Sequence record: NC_016571.1
Reading direction: 5' to 3' (one strand)
Length of the DNA stretch: 64,000 nucleotides
A program made the position numbers and the translations under genes. The notes beneath the pieces are model-generated. The model saw only the letters and a list, made by a program, of their open reading frames with translations. It did not search any database and was not told the origin of the DNA. Shown here piece after piece: positions 19,349 through 28,321 of this stretch (positions within the stretch are counted from its first letter, which is position 1; every line of letters begins with the position of its first letter).

Positions 19349-21484
19349 TTATGAGTGCGGATAAGTCGCAGTGTGGAAGTACACACTGGTCAAATCATCT
19401 TGGTTACTAAAATAGAGACGATAATAGGTTTCGTTAGGATCCCAACCGATTAAACAGTAGAAGGTAACTGTTCTTTCATTTGGATTCTCTCTGCCCGATA
19501 TCCAGCCTGTTGTCAGACTGTCATTCCCGTAATTATAATCACGTTCCACAATCACTTTATCAGAAGTGATGCCGCCCTCAGGAAGTCTAAGGGTAAATTG
19601 CATCATTTTCTTTTCTGGATCGAACTGAGCAGTTATCTCGCCTACATCAACAGGGGTATATGTGAATTCGGTATCTATATCTACCTGTTCACCATTGACC
19701 TCTAATGTCACTCGTGTCAATCCACTCGCTGGGCGGTTGTAATCGACAATGTGCATATCCAGTACGGCAGCTGTACCAACGCCATCAGAGATAGGGGATA
19801 TATTACTGATGCTACTCCATATACCAGGCATCAGGTTCTTATTCTTCCACGTCGCTTGACCGTCAGTGATTCCATTTGCTTTGATCAGTTTGAATACACC
19901 ACGCTTACGGTAACGAGTCATACGTTCCCAGTTCACCACTACACCTTCTGGACCAGTATATCCATATCGATGTTCGAACCAGGTGGATGGTTGTTTAATG
20001 TATTCGTAAGCAGTAACTTTGACTGTACTCAATACCGTTTGAACATCCACTTCCGATAAGTTAGTGAATTTTAGTTCATACCCTTCGGTTGTTTGAGTTA
20101 TGTTGAATCTTTCACCAGATGTTTCATTCATTAACACCGTAGCATCGAAACCGATTCTTCCTTTGATTGGAGTTCTGGCTGGGTCGTTAAAGGTAATGGC
20201 TACTTTGGCTTTAAACAGATATTCCACTTCTGTTTTCTCAAGGGGTTCAGGAATAGCAATGATTCCAGTCGCACCTTCAGGCCAATTAAGATATCTGGCA
20301 CCACTACCAATTATCCAGTTAGAGGTATCACCATTTGCACCGTCAACTAAGAATGAGACATTAAACTCACCCAACTCATTAAACCCAGGACCATCAGTTA
20401 CCACAGTCAGTCGATCACTACTACCTGATAAACTAGTGACTACGGCTTCAAGATGAATATCTTCACCGCCTTCATTGTAGTCATAGAAGATCTTACCAGG
20501 TATTGTTAAGGTATTGGCCTGTACACCACCACCGAACCAATATTGACCTTGGATCTGTTTCCATACCGAAAGGTTACCGCAAGACATTGAGTTCCAGTTT
20601 GGTGGACTGTGATCAAATGACTTATCGAATTCAAACTCGACACCGTTGACAGTAACCTTTCCCTTTATCTCACGCTTGCCAGGATAGAAAGCCTTACGCT
20701 TTAATGTGAGTTTGAGTTTTGCAGTTTTACCATCTGGATTGATAACGAGTTCATCCGCATCAAAGTCAGGATGGGTGGCTGCAAGAACCCATTCAGCACC
20801 TTCAAGTTTCTTACCCAAAGTAAAGGTGAGTGTCGAGATACCAGCGACCATTTGTGAACGAGTGACGGTCATGTCATCTTCATCAGGTCCTATTGGACGA
20901 TACTGGTCTCTGATATACAGAGCGGCGTTCTGTATACCGAGTGAAAGGTCCTCAACAGAAACACTACCTGATGTCATGGACTCCGGATCATAATCAGCGG
21001 TTAATGCCCTGATCTTATCGAACTGGATATTCCCTAACAAATCAGGGATGGTGTTGATTAATGCTTCGGTTTGGATGATAACCCCAAACGTTTGATTCCA
21101 GTCGTTATAAATAACATAGGAATCAACATCTTGCTTATTGGACAATACCGCTCTTAGATCGTCCTGAGTTTCCATAATTGGAACATGAACTTCGAACTCG
21201 TCCAACATTTGTTTAAAGGTAACTGGGAAAATCTCAAGATCGTATCGTGCAAATCCTCGGTGGCGTGCAACGAAACATACTTGTAATCTTCCATCGGGGA
21301 AAGGACAAATAGATTCTATTTGAATATCTCTATATCCCATTCCACCATAACGCTTGACACATTGATCATACATGGCTTGGTTACCTTCAGCCAGGTATTT
21401 ATCCTGTATCTTCTTAAGCGCTATCTTAACACATGGCCAAGCAGGGTACTTGAGCAGTGTCGTAGAATCAAACACTTTATCCAT
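19349..21484 (-). CDS. ~711-aa virion fibre protein with the shared N-terminal anchor domain
   Basis: N-terminus resembles that of the 4079-aa protein (RYGG..RDIQIE..PFPDG..VCFVAR..GFARYDLE). Start at MDKVF has a GGAG RBS. Confidence 0.75.
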   Translation of the reverse strand: MDKVFDSTTLLKYPAWPCVKIALKKIQDKYLAEGNQAMYDQCVKRYGGMGYRDIQIESICPFPDGRLQVCFVARHRGFARYDLEIFPVTFKQMLDEFEVHVPIMETQDDLRAVLSNKQDVDSYVIYNDWNQTFGVIIQTEALINTIPDLLGNIQFDKIRALTADYDPESMTSGSVSVEDLSLGIQNAALYIRDQYRPIGPDEDDMTVTRSQMVAGISTLTFTLGKKLEGAEWVLAATHPDFDADELVINPDGKTAKLKLTLKRKAFYPGKREIKGKVTVNGVEFEFDKSFDHSPPNWNSMSCGNLSVWKQIQGQYWFGGGVQANTLTIPGKIFYDYNEGGEDIHLEAVVTSLSGSSDRLTVVTDGPGFNELGEFNVSFLVDGANGDTSNWIIGSGARYLNWPEGATGIIAIPEPLEKTEVEYLFKAKVAITFNDPARTPIKGRIGFDATVLMNETSGERFNITQTTEGYELKFTNLSEVDVQTVLSTVKVTAYEYIKQPSTWFEHRYGYTGPEGVVVNWERMTRYRKRGVFKLIKANGITDGQATWKNKNLMPGIWSSISNISPISDGVGTAAVLDMHIVDYNRPASGLTRVTLEVNGEQVDIDTEFTYTPVDVGEITAQFDPEKKMMQFTLRLPEGGITSDKVIVERDYNYGNDSLTTGWISGRENPNERTVTFYCLIGWDPNETYYRLYFSNQDDLTSVYFHTATYPHS

Positions 21485-21566
21485 CTTTACAACTCCAGAT
21501 TGGTTGTTGGTTACCCAAGGGGCATAGGATCCTCCCACACCCCGTTAGGGATGCAGGAGGCTATGG

Positions 21567-21821
21567 TTACAGGTCTATCTCAATATCACCCTTGGGCTTT
21601 ACACAACAAGGTAGGATCTCACCTTTGTTAATGAATGCTAGTGGTTCTCTTATCCATGTCACTTCTCCTTTGAGAAGCTTGCAACGACAAGAACCACAAT
21701 AACCTTCACGACATTGGTACTCCACCTCTACCTGATTGGCCTCTAGGGCAGCAAGTAAAGAAGGATGTTCTCCTTTTACTTCAACTTCTTTATCTAGCTT
21801 AAATAGCTTGATCAGACTCAT
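21567..21821 (-). CDS. yfaE: 2Fe-2S ferredoxin (YfaE-like), maintains the RNR beta cofactor
   Basis: EHPSLLAALE...EYQCREGYCGSCR...EPLAFI..GEILPCC matches E. coli YfaE. TAATG-coupled to nrdB as in the host operon. Confidence 0.93.
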   Translation of the reverse strand: MSLIKLFKLDKEVEVKGEHPSLLAALEANQVEVEYQCREGYCGSCRCKLLKGEVTWIREPLAFINKGEILPCCVKPKGDIEIDL

Positions 21822-22954
21822 TACAGTTGGAAATCACCGAACTCGGCAGTATCTACTTCTGAGTCGATCTGACCTACCAGGTAAGAAGAAACTTCTACTT
21901 CCTGAGGAGCAACCTGAACGTTGTCAGTTACCAGCCATGAGTTAATCCATGGAATTGGGTTAGAGTTGGTTTTGAATGGAAGATCCAAACCGATCGCCTG
22001 CATACGGATGTTGGTAATGTACTCAACATACTGGCAGAGGATCTCTTTGTTCAGACCGATCATTGAACCATCTTTGAACAGATAGTCAGCCCACTCTTTT
22101 TCTTGCTGAGCGGTAGCAACGAACATGTCGTATGACTCTTGACGACACTCTGCTGCAATCTCAGCCATCTCTGGATCATCTTTACCAGAGTTCATCAGGT
22201 TGATGATGTGCTGAGTACCAACCATGTGAAGTGCTTCGTCACGTGCGATCATTTTGATGATCTTAGCGTTACCTTCCATCAGCTTACGTTCGGCAAATGC
22301 GAATGAGCAAGCGAAGGATACGTAGAAACGAATAGCTTCAAGTGAGTTGATAGATTGCAGAGCCAGGTACAGTGCTTTCTTAATAGCACGAAGATTAACA
22401 TTAACCTTCTCGCCATTGACTACGTGGTCACCCAGACCCAGGTAATAGTACTGGTTGATCAAGGCAATCAGTTTGTCGTAGTAATGGGAAACAGATGCAG
22501 CACGTTTCTTGATATGTTCGTTATCTACAACGTCATCAAAGACAATGGAAGGATCGTTAACGATGTTCCTGATGATGTGAGTATAGCTACGACTGTGGAT
22601 GGTTTCAGAGAAGCCCCAGGTCTCAGCCCATGTTTCCAGCTCTGGGATAGAGCAGATCGGGAGTAATGCAACGTTTGGACCACGGCCCTGGATAGAGTCC
22701 AGTAGTGTCTGATATTTCAGGTTACTGATGAACAGGTGTTTCTCGTGATCTGGTAAAGCCATGTAGTCAATACGGTCACGGGAGACATCTACTTCTTCAG
22801 GACGCCAGAAGAAAGAAAGTTGTTTCTCAATGAGTTTCTCAAAGATCTCATACTTCTGTTGGTCGTAACGAGAAACGTTGACGTTTTGACCCAGGAACAT
22901 GTGTTCTTGTAATTGATCGTTTTTGTTTTGGTTGAAAGTTGAGTAACCTGACAT
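21821..22954 (-). CDS. nrdB: Ribonucleotide reductase class Ia beta subunit
   Basis: [30 protein letters not shown] (radical Tyr), [16 protein letters not shown] and the C-terminal [10 protein letters not shown]...FQL closely follow E. coli NrdB. Confidence 0.98.
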   Translation of the reverse strand: MSGYSTFNQNKNDQLQEHMFLGQNVNVSRYDQQKYEIFEKLIEKQLSFFWRPEEVDVSRDRIDYMALPDHEKHLFISNLKYQTLLDSIQGRGPNVALLPICSIPELETWAETWGFSETIHSRSYTHIIRNIVNDPSIVFDDVVDNEHIKKRAASVSHYYDKLIALINQYYYLGLGDHVVNGEKVNVNLRAIKKALYLALQSINSLEAIRFYVSFACSFAFAERKLMEGNAKIIKMIARDEALHMVGTQHIINLMNSGKDDPEMAEIAAECRQESYDMFVATAQQEKEWADYLFKDGSMIGLNKEILCQYVEYITNIRMQAIGLDLPFKTNSNPIPWINSWLVTDNVQVAPQEVEVSSYLVGQIDSEVDTAEFGDFQL

Positions 22955-23183
22955 GTCTAATTCCTTGAAAAAGATTGGGATTGAATTTGTTTAGCTAATG
23001 ATGTAATCGTTGATAAAAACTTTACTGTCTAATGTAACAGTACTTTATTAATCCCTTCCCTATTATTTAGTTTAGATATCTCCGGTTAGGAGGGGGAAGG
23101 GGAGTTTGTTTAATAACGCGTTTACGAAGTAAACATCCTTTAATGTCCTTTCCCGGTGAGCAGCCTGATTCATTTGTATATGG

Positions 23184-23211
23184 TTTCAGACATATATTAT
23201 TTACGTGTATA
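23184..23211 (+). promoter_or_regulatory. Putative early (virion RNAP) promoter, copy 1
   Basis: TTTCAGACATATATTATTTACGTGTATA; the motif recurs 7 times upstream of plus-strand operons and resembles the phiKZ early TATTAC element. Confidence 0.75.
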
Positions 23212-23246
23212 ACATAAACCTATTCAAACTTATTAAGGATGTCATC

Positions 23247-23531
23247 ATGTCTAACTTCATCAAAAACGTAATTGCTAATATCTTCTTTATCTTAGGCTTG
23301 ATCATCGCCGGCATCCTGGGTTTATTTCTGGCTGCTTTTAAAGTGATCGTTATCGCGGCCAACTGTTACTGGAAAACAGTCTACACCATCAGCTCTTTCA
23401 TGCTTGAGCATTTTGGCGCTATCTTCTCAGTGATCATCATTGGTGTATTTGGTTACGCTATTCTCTCACCACGTGACCCTAACTTCATTTCTCAAGATGA
23501 CCCGCGTCATCCTTGCAACAACGAACTTTAA
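23247..23531 (+). CDS. Small membrane protein (paralog of the next gene)
   Basis: AAGGA RBS before MSNFIKNV (start corrected from 23205); hydrophobic helices. Confidence 0.8.
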   Translation: MSNFIKNVIANIFFILGLIIAGILGLFLAAFKVIVIAANCYWKTVYTISSFMLEHFGAIFSVIIIGVFGYAILSPRDPNFISQDDPRHPCNNEL

Positions 23532-23558
23532 TTAACCTATTTATAAGGAATCAAAATC

Positions 23559-23816
23559 ATGACTAACTTTATTCTGAACGTACTGTGGATCATCTTCCTG
23601 GCAGTTATCTCCATTGTCAACCTGTTCCATAAAGCTGTAGTTGCAGTGGGTGTTGCAATCGTAAATACTTTCTTCTGGATCGGTGATCACTTCATCGAAC
23701 TCTTCGCAGGGTTCCTGGTTGTGAGTGTAGGTTACCTGGTATTGAATCCACCTGTTGTTATTGAAGAGGAAGAAGTTGAAGAACCAGTTGACCTGGTTTT
23801 AGTCATCAATTTTTAA
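23559..23816 (+). CDS. Small membrane protein with acidic C-terminal tail
   Basis: AAGGA RBS; MTNFILNV...DHFIELF...GYLVLNP parallels the previous gene. Confidence 0.8.
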   Translation: MTNFILNVLWIIFLAVISIVNLFHKAVVAVGVAIVNTFFWIGDHFIELFAGFLVVSVGYLVLNPPVVIEEEEVEEPVDLVLVINF

Positions 23817-23851
23817 GAAACTATCAAAACCACTAAAGAAGGGAAATTGTA

Positions 23852-24151
23852 ATGAAGAAGTTGATCTTAGCTGTGTGCGTTCTGGCTACTGTAAGCGCTC
23901 AGGCTGCTGTTGATCCTCAGCCGACCCAGATGTGTCGGGTGGAAGTCTGTAACAAGCTGGAGCGCGTTACGTTAAGCGTCAGCAAGTGGATCTCTGACAG
24001 CATGGGTGAAACGTGTTTCGATATTACCATGCCGAAGTCTGAAGCCATTCCGGGTTCAGTACTCAGTTCAGAATCTCGTTGGTATCAGGGTAGTTTTAAC
24101 CCTACTAAGAAATCAGTTACCCGAGTCAGCCGTGTACTCGAGTGTCAATAA
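23852..24151 (+). CDS. Secreted/periplasmic protein, 4 Cys in the mature part
   Basis: Sec signal peptide MKKLILAVCVLATVSAQA with an AxA cleavage site. Confidence 0.8.
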   Translation: MKKLILAVCVLATVSAQAAVDPQPTQMCRVEVCNKLERVTLSVSKWISDSMGETCFDITMPKSEAIPGSVLSSESRWYQGSFNPTKKSVTRVSRVLECQ

Positions 24152-24201
24152 TTTAATCGCCCTCTGAAAGGAGGGCTTTCTTATTTGAAAAGGATATTAA
24201 A

Positions 24202-24669
24202 ATGAAATACGCATTAATCGCTCTGGCATTATCTACCGCTGTTCTGTCTTTCGGATCTCAGGCTAGTACCGATCCGCTGGATATCGTTGGCGATCGTTGT
24301 GCTCCAGGTGATGTGATCTTCTATGGCCAGAATGTGAAGCACACCAAAGAAGTTCTGATTTGCCAGTTGGGTACGAATATCTTCTACTCATTTGGTCGTA
24401 TTGGTCAAGAACCAGAGATGGTTGTTAAGTCTGATAACTCAGAATCTAAAGTAGAGATCTCTGATGGAAATGTTTGGTCAACCGATTACATCTATGTTCC
24501 TAACGTGGATGTAACTTATCGTGTTGGCCATACTGGCGACTTCATTCAAAACACCGAGGAAGAAGCCATCTACGTTTATAGCGAAGTTCGTGAAGAACCG
24601 ATTGCTGTGATTAAACTAGACCCTGCAACTGTGGTCAACGGAATTCGTTCCAACTTTGTCCCAAACTAA
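24202..24669 (+). CDS. Secreted/periplasmic protein
   Basis: Signal peptide MKYALIALALSTAVLSFGSQA; mature part has C..., KEVLIC, FYSFG..GQEPE; AAGGA RBS. Confidence 0.8.
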   Translation: MKYALIALALSTAVLSFGSQASTDPLDIVGDRCAPGDVIFYGQNVKHTKEVLICQLGTNIFYSFGRIGQEPEMVVKSDNSESKVEISDGNVWSTDYIYVPNVDVTYRVGHTGDFIQNTEEEAIYVYSEVREEPIAVIKLDPATVVNGIRSNFVPN

Positions 24670-24787
24670 ACATCTAACCTAATAGAGGTGGCAAAAATAA
24701 ATCGACTTACCAGTCGTTGAGAATACTTTTCATTATTCTTACAAAACTGTTTATCAATTTCAAACTTTAGTATAGAAGGAAAGAATC

Positions 24788-25177
24788 ATGAAAACTATTA
24801 TCGATATCATCCGTGCTTTGTTCCACAAACTGTGGGTATCTCCTAAACACGCTTTGGTTGTTGGTTTTATTCTTGCATTGACCAACAGCTTATTCCTGTT
24901 CTCTGCTTGGATCGTTATTTATGCATCTATGTATTATGGTCACAAGGTTGCTCTGGCTGCTTCGGATTATAATGATTACTCTCGGTATACGCCGTATGCT
25001 GAAGCCGACTTGCGTTTCAAAGATGCAATCACCCCGTCCTTCTTTAAAGCTCTGGCGATTTACGCAGCAGTCTTTACTGGTAACTTTTGGCTTATTCCTG
25101 TCTGTTACTTAATTACAGATAACAGCACTTGCTATGCTTACATCAACAGAGGTTTCCGTTATGTTATCGTTCTTTGA
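24788..25177 (+). CDS. Hypothetical membrane protein
   Basis: AAGGA RBS; two hydrophobic segments. Confidence 0.7.
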   Translation: MKTIIDIIRALFHKLWVSPKHALVVGFILALTNSLFLFSAWIVIYASMYYGHKVALAASDYNDYSRYTPYAEADLRFKDAITPSFFKALAIYAAVFTGNFWLIPVCYLITDNSTCYAYINRGFRYVIVL

Positions 25178-25493
25178 TCGCACAGCTCCTTTGTATGGGC
25201 TGCCGATCTACTGGTTCGCAGCTCAGTTCAATCCGGTATTAGCAGCGGCATTGTTCAACGTGTACTTAGTGATTGTTCTGATCACCCTGCTCAAAAAGAT
25301 CATGAAGGCTAATAAAGGTAAACCTCAGGAAGTGGCTAAGGTCAATACCGCTTCCTGGGTTTCTTCTATCGCTGTCATGTTAATTACCATTTGGGGTGTT
25401 GTTACGACATCCTCACTGTTCATTATTGCTGTGGGTGTAATTGTAGTGATGAGCATCGAAACTATCCGTAAACGAAAATTAGACAAGGAATAA
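25161..25493 (+). CDS. Hypothetical multi-pass membrane protein
   Basis: GAGG RBS before MLSFFDR (start corrected); about 4 hydrophobic segments. Confidence 0.7.
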   Translation: MLSFFDRTAPLYGLPIYWFAAQFNPVLAAALFNVYLVIVLITLLKKIMKANKGKPQEVAKVNTASWVSSIAVMLITIWGVVTTSSLFIIAVGVIVVMSIETIRKRKLDKE

Positions 25494-25496
25494 CAA

Positions 25497-25898
25497 ATGA
25501 ACGTCACCTTATACCTGGATACTCCAGAACATCACCCAACTTCTAAAATGCCACGAGCTATTCGTGAGCTTTGGTATTCCAATCGTCGGGAGGGTCTGCT
25601 TTCTTTGGTGGAAGGGTATGGTTGCCCCCACAGTGGTTGTGAACATCGTTTCCACTTCACTGCACCACGGGCTGATGTAGTGGCATGGTTGGACTTGTTT
25701 GTAGAAGAGTTCCCTGACTGTTCTCCAGAAGTGGCTATTCTGAAATCAAAGATTCGTATTGGTTTCGTACAAGGAATCGGCGTGGACTCCCGTGGGAATA
25801 TGCGCCTCGTATTAAAAACTATTCAGCGCCAAGTGGGATATAACGGTGAACTACTATCACGCCCATGGTTTTGGACACCTGAGTGGGAAGAAAAATAA
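25497..25898 (+). CDS. Hypothetical protein
   Basis: AAGGA RBS; operon-contiguous. Confidence 0.7.
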   Translation: MNVTLYLDTPEHHPTSKMPRAIRELWYSNRREGLLSLVEGYGCPHSGCEHRFHFTAPRADVVAWLDLFVEEFPDCSPEVAILKSKIRIGFVQGIGVDSRGNMRLVLKTIQRQVGYNGELLSRPWFWTPEWEEK

Positions 25899-25941
25899 AC
25901 CCATCCATATTTCTTACTAACAAACTCTTTGAGGTTAACAA

Positions 25942-26274
25942 ATGAAATACATTAGTTCTTTTATTCACGTCCCTACTACTGACGGTCAGTTGGCTCTCGA
26001 TGTAACAGCTATCACTTCCATCTCTGGTCATGCTGGTGAATACAAGTGTTGCGTGATGACTACTGGCCCTTCACCGGTCGTTGTTGATATGAACCGTGAT
26101 AAACTCATTGACATGGTGGAGCAACTTCGTCGCCAGATCTGGGAAAATCAGCAGAAGGGTAATGCGGTTGCGATCAATCTCTTAACAGAGATTGCTAAGA
26201 ACACGACACCAGAACCATCAATCACCCAGCAGTTAACTAAAACAGTTCACTTTGGGAATAACCATACAGGATAA
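25942..26274 (+). CDS. FlbD/LytTR-like small domain protein (paralog 1)
   Basis: GAGG RBS; LDVTAITSISG...VVVDMNRDKLIDMV pattern shared with the next two genes. Confidence 0.65.
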   Translation: MKYISSFIHVPTTDGQLALDVTAITSISGHAGEYKCCVMTTGPSPVVVDMNRDKLIDMVEQLRRQIWENQQKGNAVAINLLTEIAKNTTPEPSITQQLTKTVHFGNNHTG

Positions 26275-26278
26275 AAAA

Positions 26279-26689
26279 GTGAAAAGAGAAATCGAAGTAA
26301 ATCTGATAGATATGCTCGGTGATAACTCTTCTGGTACCACCCCAGAACTTATTAATATTGAAAATATTGCTACAGTGGGTAGCAATAATAATTTCAATAC
26401 AGGGACCATTCGTCTGGATGATGGTAAGGTTTACTATACCAAGGAAAGTTATAGTCAGCTCCGTGACAAGATTGAAGAAGCTAAAATTCTTCGTGAATGT
26501 TACACTGTGAAAATGAAGTCCGAGGGAAAGCGACCTAGTAATACCCACTACATCCCCCTCGAGTCAGTCGACCTCATTGAGGTTAACTCTGAAACTAACC
26601 ATGTAACATTATGGTGTAAAGGGACCCGCTTCAATACTGGCATGACTGGCATTGAACTTCGTAAAACTATCATCAAACTTCCAATGTAA
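26279..26689 (+). CDS. Tandem two-domain FlbD/LytTR-like protein (paralog 2)
   Basis: Probable GTG start after AGGA; LINIENIATV..TIRLDDGKVYYTKESYSQLRDKI, then a second repeat YIPLESVDLIE...GIELRKTI. Confidence 0.65.
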   Translation: MKREIEVNLIDMLGDNSSGTTPELINIENIATVGSNNNFNTGTIRLDDGKVYYTKESYSQLRDKIEEAKILRECYTVKMKSEGKRPSNTHYIPLESVDLIEVNSETNHVTLWCKGTRFNTGMTGIELRKTIIKLPM

Positions 26690-26698
26690 GGGATAGTA

Positions 26699-26917
26699 AT
26701 GGAAATCACAATTGATTTAGATGTTGATCGACACGGCGTATCATCCAAGATCGTTAAGGTTGAAGATATTGCTTGGATGTCCGGGCACGCTAGGCGACCA
26801 GGTTGCTACGTGACTATGAAGGATGGTTCTCGTTATAAATCCACTAACGATTCCATTGCCCTCCGTCAGCGTCTCGACCAAGCTAAAGCTAACGATACTA
26901 AGCCGCAGAGAGGTTAA
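26699..26917 (+). CDS. FlbD/LytTR-like protein (paralog 3)
   Basis: IVKVEDIAWMSG...VTMKDGSRYKSTNDSIALRQRL. Confidence 0.65.
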   Translation: MEITIDLDVDRHGVSSKIVKVEDIAWMSGHARRPGCYVTMKDGSRYKSTNDSIALRQRLDQAKANDTKPQRG

Positions 26918-26918
26918 T

Positions 26919-27086
26919 GTGAAGGGTGTATCTCGCCGGTCGTTGTTACTGTTTGCGGTGGGAAGATCCATTACACCAAAAGCAGTCGTTGTGGGCACAG
27001 TAACAGAAGTAATTTGTAAAGCCGTAATTGGGCCAGAGCTAACTTTGCTCACTAACTTTAGAAAGAGGTTGCAACATGTTAAGTAA
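26919..27086 (+). CDS. Small hypothetical protein
   Basis: GAGG RBS before a GTG; fills the operon gap. Confidence 0.45.
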   Translation: MKGVSRRSLLLFAVGRSITPKAVVVGTVTEVICKAVIGPELTLLTNFRKRLQHVK

Positions 27087-27531
27087 ATTTAAGTACAATC
27101 GCATTACGGGGATGTGGTCTCGTATCTTACTGCTTTCTGACGGTAAAAATAATCCTTACCAAAATGAGGTGATGTTAACTCCTGTTGAGTTGGCTGGCTA
27201 TCCTCGTACCTGGGATGAAGTAGCGGAACTGAATGTGGTTAAGTATTTCCATCAGCAGCTTCCTAACGACGTTAGTTACTACTCCGAACTCCCTTCTGAT
27301 ATTGAACACGAGATGCTGGAGAATCTTCCTTACCGTGTTTGGGATGTCTTAGTACAAAAAGATATTCCACTTATTCACGTAACTCTCCCATCTGGGTTTA
27401 TCGTGAAAGGGAAGGTCTGCGTATCGGGTTTCAAGGAACTTATGGAACCTCAGCACACTCTCGGTAGCGAAGCACTGGGTAACCAGTTGAAGTCGTCTCT
27501 CTTTGGTAAGGAAAGTAACGATGCTCAGTAA
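27076..27531 (+). CDS. Hypothetical protein (paralog of the next gene's N-terminus)
   Basis: GAGG RBS; MLSKFKYNRITGMWSRILL...LTPV...WDEV. Confidence 0.75.
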   Translation: MLSKFKYNRITGMWSRILLLSDGKNNPYQNEVMLTPVELAGYPRTWDEVAELNVVKYFHQQLPNDVSYYSELPSDIEHEMLENLPYRVWDVLVQKDIPLIHVTLPSGFIVKGKVCVSGFKELMEPQHTLGSEALGNQLKSSLFGKESNDAQ

Positions 27532-28321
27532 GAATAAAGATTGGTTCCGTTTTAATCGCTACTTCCGCTGTTGGGAGCGCGTGTTATTACGGGGTGGTGG
27601 TGACTATACTCATCAGGTCTCGGTTGACTTAACTCCGGTAAACGATACCCCTAATGAGTGGGATAAGGTACGCGAAGTAACCATCTCTCGCCGAGATATT
27701 CGTTTCGCAGCAAAACCTTTACTGGCACGTGACATCGTCTGGACGCATCATCTTCCAGATGAAGTGTATGACCAGATGGTTAAGAATCTCGGTAAAGATA
27801 AGGCTGATTTCTTAGTCCATGCTGATATCTACAAATTGGTGGATTGGAATGAATACTCTAAGTACTCATTCGGCGCGTCTTGTGCGTTACGCTTAGTTCG
27901 CCGTGATCTGACGGTTAACTTCCGTTCCATCCATACAGATGAGTATGGCACTCGTGAAATCTATCTGAAACCATCCCAGTTCCAGCTACACACGGATATC
28001 TCTATATCTCCTAACTGTGACATGGTTGGTGGAGTTGCCTTCACTAAAAGCTCCGAGGGCACTGGTAACTCGATGAACACGATTGTGATCTATTACGATC
28101 ATATCAATCAGCTGACTGCCATAGAGATCAAAGCCTGTATCCCAGAGAAGGAAGAACTGAATACTCGCATTATTGGTCGCCATGGCGAACGTTGGGATGA
28201 CCGTATTACTAACTATATGGATGAGTTAGTTTCGCTCGGTTATTTCAATGTTGGGAATATTGGCGTAGTGCGTGAAATATCCGCTAACGCCTGGACTCTA
28301 ATTCAATCGGGGAATATCTAA
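27521..28321 (+). CDS. Hypothetical protein with an N-terminal domain paralogous to the previous gene
   Basis: AAGGA RBS before MLSKNKDWFRFNRYFRCWERVLL...LTPV...WDKV. Confidence 0.75.
   Translation: MLSKNKDWFRFNRYFRCWERVLLRGGGDYTHQVSVDLTPVNDTPNEWDKVREVTISRRDIRFAAKPLLARDIVWTHHLPDEVYDQMVKNLGKDKADFLVHADIYKLVDWNEYSKYSFGASCALRLVRRDLTVNFRSIHTDEYGTREIYLKPSQFQLHTDISISPNCDMVGGVAFTKSSEGTGNSMNTIVIYYDHINQLTAIEIKACIPEKEELNTRIIGRHGERWDDRITNYMDELVSLGYFNVGNIGVVREISANAWTLIQSGNI

Noticed and set aside
3150-21484. Diversity-generating retroelement or invertible cassette acting on the fibre genes
   Set aside because: No reverse transcriptase, recombinase, or near-identical template/variable nucleotide repeat was seen; the repeats are diverged at the protein level.
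26919-27086. Twin-arginine (Tat) signal in a 55-aa ORF (VSRRSLLL)
   Set aside because: The hydrophobic region is weak, there is no cargo domain, and the ORF itself is uncertain.
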